From positions 722,416-786,415 of the forward strand of contig NW_026867526.1 of assembly GCF_020745735.1 (NCBI RefSeq): 64,000 nucleotides of DNA, read 5' to 3'. The position numbers were made by a program, and so were the translations under genes. The notes below the pieces were generated by a model. That model was not told the DNA's origin and ran no database searches. It was given only the letters and a program-made list of their open reading frames with translations. Every line of letters begins with the position of its first letter. Position 1 is the stretch's first letter. The stretch comes from Hemiscyllium ocellatum. Its lineage: Eukaryota. Shown here piece after piece: positions 1-12,239 of the stretch.

Positions 1-2071
1 AGAAATAACATGGAAATCAACACCAATCCCTACAGAACACCAGGAGACATCGATTTCCAGTCATGCAGACACCCGATGACTATTACCTCCTGCTCCCATC
101 ACTCAGCCAGTTTTAGATCCAATCTGTCAAATTAACTCGGATGCCATTGGCTCTGATTATTGCTATCATATGGACATCGAGTTATCTCTCTGAAGACTAC
201 TATCAAATTGTTACACATGACTTTCTCTCAATAAAACCGTGCTGAAAATTGTTGATTTATCTTCCAAATGAAGACTAATTTCACTTTTCAATAGTTTCCC
301 TACCACTGAGACTAGCTTGACAGATCTGTGTTTTCATTATTTATCCCTTCCTTTGTCCTGCGTAACAGTGCAACATTGGCTGATCTACACTCACTTGGCA
401 CAACTGCTGTGGCCAGACAGTAATTCTAAATTATTGTCAGCGACCCAACTATTTCATCCTTTGCATCGCTCAACCGCTTGGTATACTTTGCATCTGCCCT
501 GGAAATATAACCACTTTTCATTCAGCAAGACAACACAGAACATCACGTCATGTGTCCTAATTTCTGAAAGTACATCACAACACCCCTCCATGATGTCTGT
601 CCCCACATTGTCCGTCTTACTAGTGAACACTGACACAACACATTCGTTTTGACCACAACCTAATCCTCCGGCTCCACTCCAATAATAACACTTAATGGGC
701 ATTACTGTTTCCCGAATCATTCTTTTATTATGAATGAGCCTGTAACTTTTAAAAATATTTTCCTTTATTTTGACTGCTATTATTTTCTCATGGTCCCTTT
801 TGCTCTTCTAATTCCTTTGTCTTTCAAACTCTCCCTTGCACGTTCTGTACTCCATACTAATTTCTATTGTTCTGAGATTTCAGTATAGACCGGAAGCTTC
901 CCTTGTTTCTCTTTATCTCACCCTCCATGCCCTTTGGTGTCCAGAGCCCGCTACATTCTTGGTCCTATTCAGTGGCTTCCTGGGAAATGTCCTCCCTGTG
1001 ATTTTCCTCTTTCTTAAATGTGTCACACTGCTCTGACTCAGATTTACTAATAAGTGTCAGCTTCCAGTCCACTCTGGTTAAGTCATTACCTGATCTTACT
1101 AAAATTGTCCTTCCCCTTTTCAGAACTTTGGGCCAATGTCTATTCCTTTGCAGTACAATCTGAAATCCAACTGATTTACAATCACTGTCTGCAAAGTGCA
1201 CCACCATTGATGTTTTACCCACTGGGTCGACTTCATTTCCAAAAGTTAAGTCCAGGTTCACCCCTTTCTTGCAAGGTCTGGATTAAAATTCTCTGTATTA
1301 ACACATACTTTGTTAAAATATTCTCCTGGGGGCATTTTCAGAATTGTGCTCCCTCTAAACTTTTGACACAATGAATATCCAAGCCTATGCTGAGGAAGTT
1401 AAAAACCTCTTTTCTCATTCCCCTATTTAATTAACATTTCTCTGAAATTTGCCCATGTCTTTGCCCTTGGTCTTTTGGACCTATAGTAAGGTCTATCGTG
1501 CTCTCCCAGTAGTTATGTTTGCTGTATTTTGGTTTTGAAGTACTGTCCATTTGCCTTTGTTCGAGGAGGTATCCATGATTTCATTTCTCTTTACAGCCTA
1601 AAATACTCTTGCCAGAATTGCGACAGAAGCAACATTCTGTGCCGCAAACCCCCGCCCCTATCCTTTTCCATCTTTCCCTGTCTCGCCTGAAGGCACTAAA
1701 TCCTGGAATATTGAATAGCCACTCCTGCCCGGCTCTCAATATGTCTCCGTGATAGCAACCGCATCATTTCCTCATTTATGGCGGTATTTCATCTGCCTTG
1801 TTCATCAGACTCTGTCATTAAAACGAATACCAACCAACATTCTGATGTTACCGGCCAATCGTTTCTATGCCTCCTTGACTCCCTTGCTGTGTCCTATAAT
1901 TTTAGCCTTTCACATTGTCCTGCGGATCTTTCTGTGTGGATCCCAGCTTCTCCAGCACTCTGCACAATTATGATTCTTGTATCCATTAACCACAAGAAAC
2001 CTTGATATATGAGAACTGATTGTATTTGTTATGAAATTCATCAGATAATTTATGCGATGTGTTTCCTAAAG

Positions 2072-2383
2072 GTACAGGTCCTCTCCCACCAACTCTTCTT
2101 CTAACTGTCAGCTCCAGTGAAGAAATCGCAAGCAGCAAGTTTGCAACCATTGTCTGTTCAATCATCGATTTCCATCCGAAGTCAATCTCCGTGAGTTGGT
2201 TGAAAAATGGCCGACTCTTGGATTCTGGCTTCTTCACGTCTCCCGTGTGTGAGGCGAACGGCAACTTCTCGGTGACGAGTCGGCTGATGGTCCCTTATGG
2301 TGAATGGTACAACAGCGCTGTCTATACCTGCCAGGTCACTCATAAAGAGAACATTCAAAGTAAAAACATCACCGCACTCCAGG
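2072..2383 (+). CDS. IgW: IgW heavy chain constant exon, third from last (CH4 in 6-domain numbering)
   Basis: Ig C1-set pattern ...[24 protein letters not shown]...YTCQVTH. Acceptor AG at 2070-71 (in-frame alternative at 2076-77) and donor G|GTAAG at 2384. Both junctions are phase 1. Confidence 0.88.
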
Positions 2384-4083
2384 GTAAGAGACACAGACTG
2401 AGAGAGCTACGAATCACTCTGAACTCTGATGTGAATCAAACACACTAATTTATCAGGCGTAGCAAACAGCACGGTACAGCTTCTCGTTTCCCAACATGTC
2501 ACATATCTCATTTCAGTTTGAGTGTTACATGAGCATTGCTCATAATTCAACATTTTGGCAACTCAGAAAAGCATGTTTCTTCTCTGTTGAAGATAGATAT
2601 ATAGACAGTGAGCTTTGTTAAATAGTTTGTTGCCTGACCATGCTGGGAGAGGCATTCAGAGTGCTGCAGAGGGCTGTGGAGACCAGGCCATTGTGTATAT
2701 TCAAGCCAGAGATAGTTCGGCTCTTGTTTAGTGTGGGGAGAAGACAGTAGAATGGCTTTAGCCAGAAACGTCGATTTTCCTGCTCGTCGGATGCTGCCTG
2801 ACCTGCTGTGCTTTTCCAGCATCATTCTCATCTAAACTCTGGATTGGCCGAACAGCCTTATGATGTTGTGGTCTCAAAATGACATGGTTAAAATATGCAG
2901 TGACCCTTACTTGAAAATATATCAAAATGCGTTCACTGCTTCATTCCCTGATCAGGAATGACCTGTTGGCCTTGGACATTGTACGACATCGATTTTTATC
3001 TTGTACTGAGCTCTTTAACTTCATTTATGGGATCAGACCACAGACCAAGTGGGTATCACATTTGATGAACTGGGATAAACGTGATCTCACTGAGCTTCTT
3101 TAAGATGCTTTCTGTAAGTAGTGGATGAGGGAGGAGAATAAATTCTGGTAAGAATGCTACAATAGGGATGCATGAACTAGGAACTCGAGACAGGCTGATT
3201 TAGCCGGGTTTGGGGTGGCGATGTTTACACAGTGGGTAGTGGATGTCTATAAAATTAGTGTACATTTCCATCACGTTTGTAGATTAATTTAAGACTCTTT
3301 TGTTTTTTTTTCTCCCCTGCTCTATGAAGAAATTAAAAAATGCAGCTTGGTAAATAGAGTGAAAGTACAGACCAGTCATGAACGAACTGAATGGAGGGAA
3401 AGACTTAAGGAGATGGGTGTCCTTCTCGATATCCAATGCTGTACTCATTGTCTTGTTTTCAGATCTACTCCAAACTCAGCCTATGAGGGACAATGACATA
3501 AATTAGAGAATGACATCACACCAATAACGCAAAGTATTTTTGATCACGTTAAATATAATGAACAGAATTTCCATGGATATTCACTGCTTCTGTAACACTT
3601 TAGAACTCTGCAAAGAGAATAATTATAATTTATTATAATTTGTCCGAAATTTGGGATGTGATTTGGCAGTCAGCATGACCAGCAGCACTTGCACCTAAGG
3701 GTTGTGAACATGGAATTGAAATCATTATATTCAGATTACTCTTGTCACAAGTATCAATAGATGGTCTTAAGTGAGAGACAAACTCTGAAAGAAAGGTAAT
3801 TCCATGGGTTACATAATAGTATCTTCGATGATTTTACTTTTTTCACAGGTGTCACTTGTTACAACGCCAGTGTTCTTTAGGAATAATGACACAGGGTATG
3901 TCATAGGTAATCACAAATGCTTTCACAAATCAAAATACATCAACAATAGTAAGCATTGTTTCAGCAATGGTTGGAGTTGCCATTTTGAAGGTGGTGTCTT
4001 CACCCTGTGAAGAAGTAATCTGAAGATTGGGTGTTTGTATCATAAAGGGGCATTTTTCATTGACTTTGATTTTTGTTTCATAG

Positions 4084-4392
4084 AAGATACCGAGTGCCAC
4101 CCTAACACCGTTAAAATCCTCCCACCGCCAGTAGAACAAGTCTTACTGGAGGCGACGGTGACGTTAACCTGTGTTGTGTCCAATCTTCCTTCTGGAGTCA
4201 ACGTGACCTGGAAACAAGAAAAGAAGTCTCTGAAATCAGAGATTGCTGACCAGCCTGGACAGAATCCCGACAGCGTGATCAGCAAATTAGACATTTCTAC
4301 TGAAGCCTGGCTGAGTGGCGTTACTTTTGAATGTGTGGTGTACCATCAGAATCTACCGACTCCACTGAAAGACTCCATCCACAAGGAGAAAG
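4084..4392 (+). CDS. IgW: IgW heavy chain constant exon, penultimate (CH5)
   Basis: [33 protein letters not shown]...VTWKQ...FECVVYH. Acceptor tttgtttcatag at 4083 and donor AAG|GTGAG at 4393, phase 1. Confidence 0.9.
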
Positions 4393-4847
4393 GTGAGCGG
4401 TGAGATTAAAACACAAAGCATCCCATGTGTAATCCAGATCCAGTTACATCAATGGCAGGCTTTGATTGGTAATGAACAAACACCGTTGGGAGCATTAATG
4501 ATGCATCTGAAGGCAGGATAGCTAAGGAGCTGATTAAGCAAAAGACGGACCAAAGGATATTGTATTCTGATTAAGTCAGATAAGGTGGGAAGAAACCTGG
4601 GTTGTGATGTCACCATCAGCAATGACAGTTGGACAGAATGCCCTTGTTGTGGGCTGGAAACATGGAGGCAACTTTCACATTAAACTTTACTTTTTTTACT
4701 GAACAGAATGTGTACCATACTGCTCCTTTAGAAAAGGAAAGTGAATAAATCCCAAATTAAAAATGGCATATTTTAATATTTAGTGTAATTGTGATATTGG
4801 TTCAGGATGTTTTTGGTTGATTTATCTTTGTCTCAAATATTCTGCAG

Positions 4848-5239
4848 TGATTAATCCGCTGGAGCCATCAGTGTCGGTCCTCCTGCCACCAACAGAAGAA
4901 ATCTCCGCTCAGAGGTTTCTCTCCCTCACCTGTTTAGTGAGAGGTTTCTCCCCCCGAGAGATCTTCGTCAAGTGGACAAACAATGACAAGCAGGTGAATC
5001 CCAGTAACTACAAGAACACCGAGGTGATGGTGGAGAGTGACAACACTTCCTTCTTCATCTACAGCCTGTTATCCATTACAGCGGAGGAGTGGGCCAGCGG
5101 TGCTTCTTACTCCTGTGTGGTGGGACATGAAGCGATTCCATTGAAGATCGTCAACAGAACAGTCGATAAATCCAGCGGTAAACCGAGTTTCGTAAACATT
5201 TCACTTGCACTGATGGACACTGTTAATTCATGTCAATAA
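4848..5239 (+). CDS. IgW: IgW last constant exon (CH6) plus secretory tailpiece
   Basis: [17 protein letters not shown]...YSCVVGHE followed by tailpiece [20 protein letters not shown] (NIS sequon, penultimate Cys). As I recall the shark isotypes, this tail matches IgW rather than IgNAR or IgM. Acceptor tctgcag at 4847. Internal donor AGCG|GTAAA at 5178 would serve membrane splicing. Confidence 0.9.
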
Positions 5240-5281
5240 AAATCTCAAAGTTGCATTTAATAATTCAACAGAAGTAATAAA
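5235..5281 (+). promoter_or_regulatory. Poly(A) signals of the secreted IgW mRNA
   Basis: AATAAA at 5235-5240 (overlapping the stop codon) and at 5276-5281, followed by a T/GT-rich tract. Confidence 0.7.
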
Positions 5282-6159
5282 GTTTCCTTTTCCTCCGGTT
5301 GTGAGTTAAATACTGAATTAGTTGTTTCTCTCTCTGACTTACACTGCCTCGGTGTAGTTAAAGTGGGTTATTAGCAGGTCTAGGACAAGTGTCTTGTGCA
5401 GTTAATGTTCTCTGCTCAGATACACCCTGGGTCAGAGACAGAGTAAAGCTCACTCATTGCAGGATTCCGCCAAGTCCCTTATCCATCCTAAATCCCTCTG
5501 TGACAAAATCTGACAATGTCCATTTTATGTCAAGGGTAGAGCACGAGTTTTGAACTTGGTGTTCTTGATTCCCCCCATTGGACATTCTTACAAAATTCAT
5601 GTCAGTTTTGAACTGCCACATTGCACCAATTGGAAATGTAAATTTAAGACACTTTAAAATTAAATTTGATTGGAACATACCAATCGTAAAGAGTGCAGAA
5701 CAGTTTGAATGTAACCTTTGTTTCTGGGGAACTGCCAGGGATCTTGCGCCAGCGCATGAGTTGACAGAATGTATCTTCACTTTCACACCAAAGAGAATCG
5801 ACAGATAAGTTGTCGTGGAGCAGAGGGGAGGGGAACAATGAATGGTCTGTCCTCTTGCTCCCTGTGCAGAGTTTTCATGGTCGATGTCCTCTGTAATGTA
5901 ACCCCGTTACTAACAGGAACAGTCAGCTTCTTGCTTACTGTCCAAAGATTGAACATTTCCATGCAAAATAATAACTTTGAAACATGTTGGACATACTTGG
6001 CTCTGTTAACAAATGATTAACATCGATTCCCATAATCCAAAACTGGTGTTTGCATCATCCCGGTTTGAATTCCATAGTTTTGTCTCAGTTTTCTGGAGAC
6101 ATGGGATCAATTCTGGTATTCGAATACATGATATGATATTGTTTCACATACAGAACACA

Positions 6160-6262
6160 AGTAGACATTTTCTAATAAACATATTCAGAAATGTTATCTC
6201 TGGGGCAGTGGGGATTTGAACTCACGCCTTTTCTCTCAGAGATAGAAATTCTATCACTGCAA
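6160..6262 (-). mobile_element. Old tRNA-derived SINE head remnant
   Basis: The minus strand reads ...ggcgtgagttcaaatccccactgccccagagataac..., a B-box-like GAGTTCAAATCC. Confidence 0.4.
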
Positions 6263-6379
6263 CAGAAGAGTTGCTCATAAAATGCTTATCTCTCCACGAC
6301 GATGGGAAATGTTTCCTACAACACCAAGGTCAAATCTAATTATGGGCAATCCATTAAAATTAGAACAATAAATTAGAAT

Positions 6380-7520
6380 AATAAAAATTGCAGTCTGGTA
6401 TAAGAACAGATACAGAGAGATGATCACAAATGCACATGTAATGACACATATATGGGCTCTTACCTAAAGACACATATTTATGTGCACACTCAAATGTGCA
6501 TATAGATAAGATGTCACACACGCATACTCGCACAGAGCCACACACTCACCTAAGCTCATACAAAAACTCACATACACCGAAAGAAAATTATTTGCACAAA
6601 TGAACAGGGGTACTCACACATAACCATGAGAAATATAGACACACGGTAACACACAAATGGGCATGAATACATATACGTTCATACAGCAAAATGCGTACAG
6701 ACATACACGCAAGAATACACAGATACAAATTCCGAAAAATGTCCTCCCACATGTCAACTCATACAAGCACGTAAGTGCACAGAGATAAATATTAATATCA
6801 TTATTTTCCCATTTTCAGAATCACAAACATACGATGACAGAGGCAGCTTAATTAGTTATTTTTAAACCACATTGATCAACGTGTATACAATGTCACAGGT
6901 ACACACAAATTCAGAGTCTCACATGCAGACACACAAGTGCATAGATCACCAAATAGAAGGGCGTTTATTAAATAAGGATAATGGGCACAAGCATCAGCAA
7001 GCATCCACACACAGTAACACAAACAAGCTTCGCAGGAGATGGTTTGGGAAAGATTGCCACACAAACAAACATCATCATATAAATACAAACATCCATCAAA
7101 ACATAACATTGCATGCTAACATTTATTAAGCATAAACATGAAAATAACCTAGTTTAGGTAGGACCTGAAACAGACACATAAGCACACATTTTGGATAGCA
7201 CTAATGAAAAGTGAACACTCACAAAGACATTACAAGATAAGCATAGGCAGCAACAAAATGGCATATTAGCATGATGATGCTGACACAATGTGAAAAGACC
7301 AAAATTTCGGTGCCCAAACACATGAGCACACCAGCAGTAAAGGAACAGGAATATGTTTATTCATGCACAGACTCCAACATGGGCAAGAGTGAAGTAAGAG
7401 ACTCTCATAACCACATACACAAACATTAAAGGGAAACCAAACACACCAAGCAGTAGGTCAAATAAATTAAGGGACACATGTACAAAAACTTATTCCTAAA
7501 GATACAGATCCTACAAACAA
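6380..7520. repeat. Degenerate CA-rich low-complexity tract in the CH6-TM1 intron
   Basis: Dense acac/cacat/caca motifs with no fixed period. Confidence 0.6.
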
Positions 7521-7988
7521 AAAGATGAAGCCATGTCCTGACTGTGATGTCACTTATATTCATGATTTGCCAAGCAATTGGTCACCAATACATAAAGGTG
7601 AGAATCACATTTGAACTTTTATTCAGTGATGGCCACAATTTTCAACTAAAGTGCTGTCACAGCCTATATTTAAAATATAATGATATAATTGAAATAATCA
7701 TTTGTAATAAGCATTCCTCAAATAAAACCCTTAAATAATAGATTAAAAGAAAAATAATTTAAAACGTTCTGACATGGACAATGAAGAAAGAACATGTGCA
7801 ATTAGAATTTGTAATTTCTTGCTGAGAGTCAATAATGCACTGATGGATACAGATAAGAGTCACACTTGAGAAATACCTGACTGCTTTATGAAGATGTAAT
7901 GGTCTCTAATTACATGACTTGGATACACATAGATCGATCTGGATCAATAAACGATCTAAATGCGTTCCCTCGGCTTTATATTCATAGA

Positions 7989-8115
7989 TTCAATAGATCG
8001 CACTTGGATTGAAGACTATGACGATGATAACAGCAACATCTGGACAACTGCTTCCATGTTCATCACCTTGTTCTTCCTGAGTATTCTCTACAGCGCTGCC
8101 GTCACTCTGGTGAAG
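7989..8115 (+). CDS. IgW: IgW transmembrane exon TM1
   Basis: (D)SIDRTWIEDYDDDNSNIWTTASMFITLFFLSILYSAAVTLVK: acidic spacer plus the conserved antigen-receptor TM motif. Acceptor attcatag at 7988 (phase 1) and donor AAG|GTGAGA at 8116. Confidence 0.92.
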
Positions 8116-8254
8116 GTGAGAATAATCACATCTTTCTCACGCCAAACAGTCCAATATGTTTTGTGAAATCTCGAAGTGTGCCATTGAATAAACATTAAAT
8201 CTGAAAGTCCCTGATCATAAATATCTGCGTCATTGCTTTATCTCTCTTTTCCAG

Positions 8255-8263
8255 GTTAAGTGA
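8255..8263 (+). CDS. IgW: IgW TM2 exon (VK*)
   Basis: tctctcttttccag|GTT AAG TGA gives the classic KVK cytoplasmic tail. Confidence 0.88.
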   Translation, partial: VK

Positions 8264-8692
8264 ATGAATTGTGGACTCCTTTGATTTTCCTGATCTGCTT
8301 ATCAAGGTCTCTGAATTCCCAATCTACAATCTGTCCTGTTGCTGACTCTAACAGTGAGATCACTTCAGTTTATCAGTGTGTAACTGAGACAATTATTGAT
8401 GGATTTTCGTTTTTACTTTGATATCTTTGAGATGGTTGTGGTTGGAAGAATTTGTAGCTTCCCTGTTGTTTGATGCCCATTTGTTTTGTTTTTATTTGTT
8501 CCTTACTCAGAATGGTTGCCTACCCTTTCTGATGAGCCTTTGTATTCCCTTTCTTGTGACTGTTACTGATGTACAGAAAATTCCCACCTCACAGCGCATG
8601 TGTTCTCGTCTCAATGTGGCAACCAGCCATTATATTCACTTCTGTTAGCTTTTACATCAACTTTTTGGATAAAAATGCTTTCTGAAATGGTT

Positions 8693-8698
8693 AATAAA
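8693..8698 (+). promoter_or_regulatory. Probable poly(A) signal of membrane IgW mRNA
   Basis: First AATAAA downstream of the TM2 stop (~430 nt away). Confidence 0.55.
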
Positions 8699-10149
8699 TC
8701 TCAAATGAATATGCACTAACCTTGAGTTTGCTTCATTCTTTCTTCAAGGCCAGTCAGTAATCATACATTTTCCCACATCCTACTCCTTTCCCAGCCAAAT
8801 ACTTTCACTTGTTCTGTTTGGTTGTGTTTCATCCAGTCATTTAGTTTAATGTTGCGCTGCCATGCCGCCCACTAATGTAAATACATCTTTCACACGAAAT
8901 GCCTGATGGAACACTCCAGAGGCAGAATGATGAGAGAACATTTCCTCTTATGCACCAAGGGTCACAGCCTCGGGTCACGTAATGATACAAATTAGGAGCT
9001 TTGCTCCACCAGAAGCCTATAAAAGGCAGGCAAAGGAGTTTGAAAGTTTACTCTACACCGTCTAACCACATGTACTCCCAATGTCCGGACAGCCTGGGTT
9101 AGTAATGCATAAATTGGCACCTAAAATGCCCGACGAAACATTCAACAAATGTTGACCAAAAATGTCAACGTTCAGTCAGGTAGTCAATCCAAGGGCTGAT
9201 TCTCAGAACTGGAGTTTTTCTCACACATAAATCTCATGGAGCACAATTCCTGGGATCTATTTGACACACCACACCTGTCAAATCCCAGGGAATGAGACTG
9301 GGATCTATCTGATACAGGGATATTACTGAACAGCAACCCTCAAAAATAATAAATCAGAGGTCGATGTTCATCAGAGCTCATGAGTCCCTGAAATATTCAG
9401 CCATTGGGATCTCTATGACACAAGACGGAATTGAGAACCTATCATAGCAACTGTTCACAGAGTCTGGGAACTATCAGCAGAGGAGAACATTCTCAATTTC
9501 TCAGAGATGGTGAGGTGTATCATCCCGGGAATAATGTTGTGAATCAGTCACGCACCCAATCTCATAACTTCGCATTTTGTCAAAAATGTGGCACCTGAAA
9601 CTAGATGCAATATTCCAGGTGAGACAAGAGACTGTTTGATTTCAGTTTAACATAATTGCTTTGTGTTTGTTCTCTACGGTGTTATTGATAAAGTAGGGTT
9701 TATTTGCTCTTCTGTCCACGTGTCATGGTCCATTCCCTGATTTGTGCACATACACACGGAGGATCCTCTGCTCCTTCACCCCCTTTGGGTTTACCCCCTT
9801 ACTATTGTATGTTCCCCTGAGTTCATCACAAAACAAAGAAGCACGTCACCCCTCCCTGAGACGGAGATCTATCTGACACACCGATATTAATGAATAACAA
9901 TCCTCAAAAATGATCAATCACAGGTTGATTTCGATCAGAGAAGGCAGAGATCAGAAGTTCTGGAAACTCTGCTGCTTTCCACGTCCTTTCCCGCTACCCC
10001 TCTGTCAAACTTGATGCTCTTAGCTGTTCTTCCAATATCCTAACATTTTACCTTAAATTGCTATTAATATTTTTCTGTAAATTTGCATTAGAGACCAAAG
10101 CACAGGTTGGAACAACAAGGACTCCAAACACTGAACTCTGAGAACGTAC

Positions 10150-11395
10150 ACGATAAGGCAACCTACATTCTGTAACAGCAAACACCCGTTAACAAATGGT
10201 TGGCAAGTACAAAACAGTGGGTGAGATTAACTTGAACTCATCAAAATAAAAGGAAAGTACTCTGGAGGTACAGCGGTGTAGGCAAGACCTGGGCAGACAG
10301 AGTGGAGTTCGTTTTTTAAAATTCTTGTTTATATCCAGAATTTTCCTTCCACACAATGTAACCTTTTATTTCCCATCACCCAAGTCCCCCATAGTATCTT
10401 TATTTTCAGCTACTAACCATCACCAGTAAATTGAATAATTTATATTCAAAGCCCCTCCCACCATCAAAGGTACTGCAGAAGTAGGAAGAGCTAGAAGAAA
10501 ATTGGAGTCAATTTTTCTTGTGGTGAAACATTACTGCTGTTCTAACACAAGGTATTTCTGAGGGATGGTCCAGTGAAGCTATGTGGATGGAACTCAGAAA
10601 TAAGAAGGGCATGGTTACTTTGATGCAATTGTAATTGTCCCCCCAGTAGTTAGAGTGAAATCGAGTAACAAATATGTGGAGAGATCTTATTTATACTTAA
10701 GAATAATAGGATTGTAATAATCACAAATTTTAATCTTCCAAACATAAAGTGGGACAGCCATGGTCTTAAGAGCTTGGATGGTGAGGAATTTGGTAAGTGC
10801 TAAAGTCAATTTTCTGCATTAATATGCAGATGTAACTATCACAGAAGGAGCAAACCTGACCTACTCTTGTGATATAAGGCAGGGCAAGTGACTGAATGGT
10901 TAGTAGGGGAGCTTTTTGGGGCCGGGGTCATAATTCGATTAGTTTAAAACATCTATGGAAAGGATTGGCATTTTATATAAGTTAAAGTTCTTAATTGAAC
11001 TAGGGCAAATTTTGATAGTATGAGACAAAATCTTTCAAGAGTTGATTGGAGTAGACTGTTTGCAGCTTAAGGGACGGCCGGCAAGAGTGAAGCTTTCAGA
11101 AGTGAGATAACGAGAGTTTGGAGGCGTGATGTTCCTGTTAGTGTGAAGGTAAGGCTGGTAAGAGGAGGGAACACTGGAGGAATAAAGATATTGAGGCTCT
11201 GGTTCAGATTAAGAATGAATCATATATTAGATATAGATAAATGAGATCAAGTGAATCTCGAAGAGTACAAGAGGTGCAGGGACATTCTCAAGAGGGAAAT
11301 GAGGAGGGCAAGAAAGGAAAATGAGATAGCCTTGGGAGATAATGTTAAAGATAATCCAAAGAGATTCGACTAGTACATTAAGAGCAAAGGGGTAG
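10150..11395 (+). mobile_element. Highly decayed CR1-type LINE ORF2 fragments
   Basis: Patches resemble CR1 EN and linker sequence (e.g. gataatccaaagagattc...tacattaagagcaaagggg). No long ORF. Confidence 0.5.
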
Positions 11396-11835
11396 ATCAT
11401 AGAGTCATAGAAATGTACAACTTGGAAACAGATCTTTCAGTCTCACTTGCCCATGCTGACCAGATATCCTAAAGTAATCTATTCACATTTGCCAGTACTT
11501 GGCCTATATCCCTCTAAACCCTTCCTATTCTTATACACACTCAGATGCCTTTTAAATGTTGAAATCGCACCAGCCGCCACTGCTTCCTCTGGCAGTTTAT
11601 TCCATATACACCATCCTCAGCATGAAAAAGTTACTCCGTAGGTACTTTCAACTTTTTCCCCTCTCACTCTAAACCTATACTCACGGTTTAGATGAGACTC
11701 CACCCATCTCAGGGAAAAGACCTTGTCTATTCACCGTATCCATGCCTCTGATGATTTTATCAACCTTTATAAAGTCATGCCTCAGCCTCCAACGTTCCAG
11801 AGAAATCAACCCCAGCCTATTCAGCCTCTCTCTAT
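11396..11835 (-). mobile_element. CR1/HER1-type LINE 3' end
   Basis: Begins with the reverse-complemented tail (gatcatagagtcatagaaatgtac) and continues into typical CR1 3'-terminal sequence. Confidence 0.75.
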
Positions 11836-12239
11836 ATAACTCTACATGGCTGTGAAAATGTATACGCCTAGAGGGATGGCTTCATAAATCATGTTGCATT
11901 TTATATAAATGCTGTTTTTTTAAATTATCGTTTAGTTTAAAATGGAGGATGGGTGCCTTTTCAATTTCATATCAGTAGCACAGAAAGACCTGGGGAAATA
12001 TACTGCAAGAAAAAAATGGATAAAAAGTTATTGCACTACGGATCATCTCACCATATCATTTGTGTAAAAAATAATTCGCTGTTTTGACCGTGAAGTTAAT
12101 AGAGTCTATTAATTAGTCCTGTGTTGGTAATAATTTTCATCTATCCATCATTCTATATTTAGTTGTTATAGTTAACGTGTGGATTACTGCACCTCTCTAA
12201 ATATTCAAAACAAAATAAAGTATAACTGCAAATTAAATA

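Noticed and set aside
240-2070. An additional Ig constant exon upstream of CH4
   Set aside because: No frame shows the Cys-Trp-Cys pattern. The listed ORFs (317-652, 454-720, 965-1261, 1054-1374) are low-information intronic frames.
3456-3507. ttttcag|AT CTA CTC CAA... as an alternative terminal exon after CH4 (DLLQTQPMRDNDIN*)
   Set aside because: The acceptor is plausible, but there is no nearby AATAAA and no tailpiece-like features.
2072-8263. IgNAR or IgM identity for the Ig gene
   Set aside because: The tailpiece [20 protein letters not shown] and domain sequences fit IgW as I recall them. The nurse-shark IgNAR tail I recall (GKPSSVNVSVVLSDTVKSST) differs. A BLASTP would settle it.
9018-9025. 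TATAAAAG box downstream of IgW
   Set aside because: Isolated motif with no associated exon or recognisable LTR.
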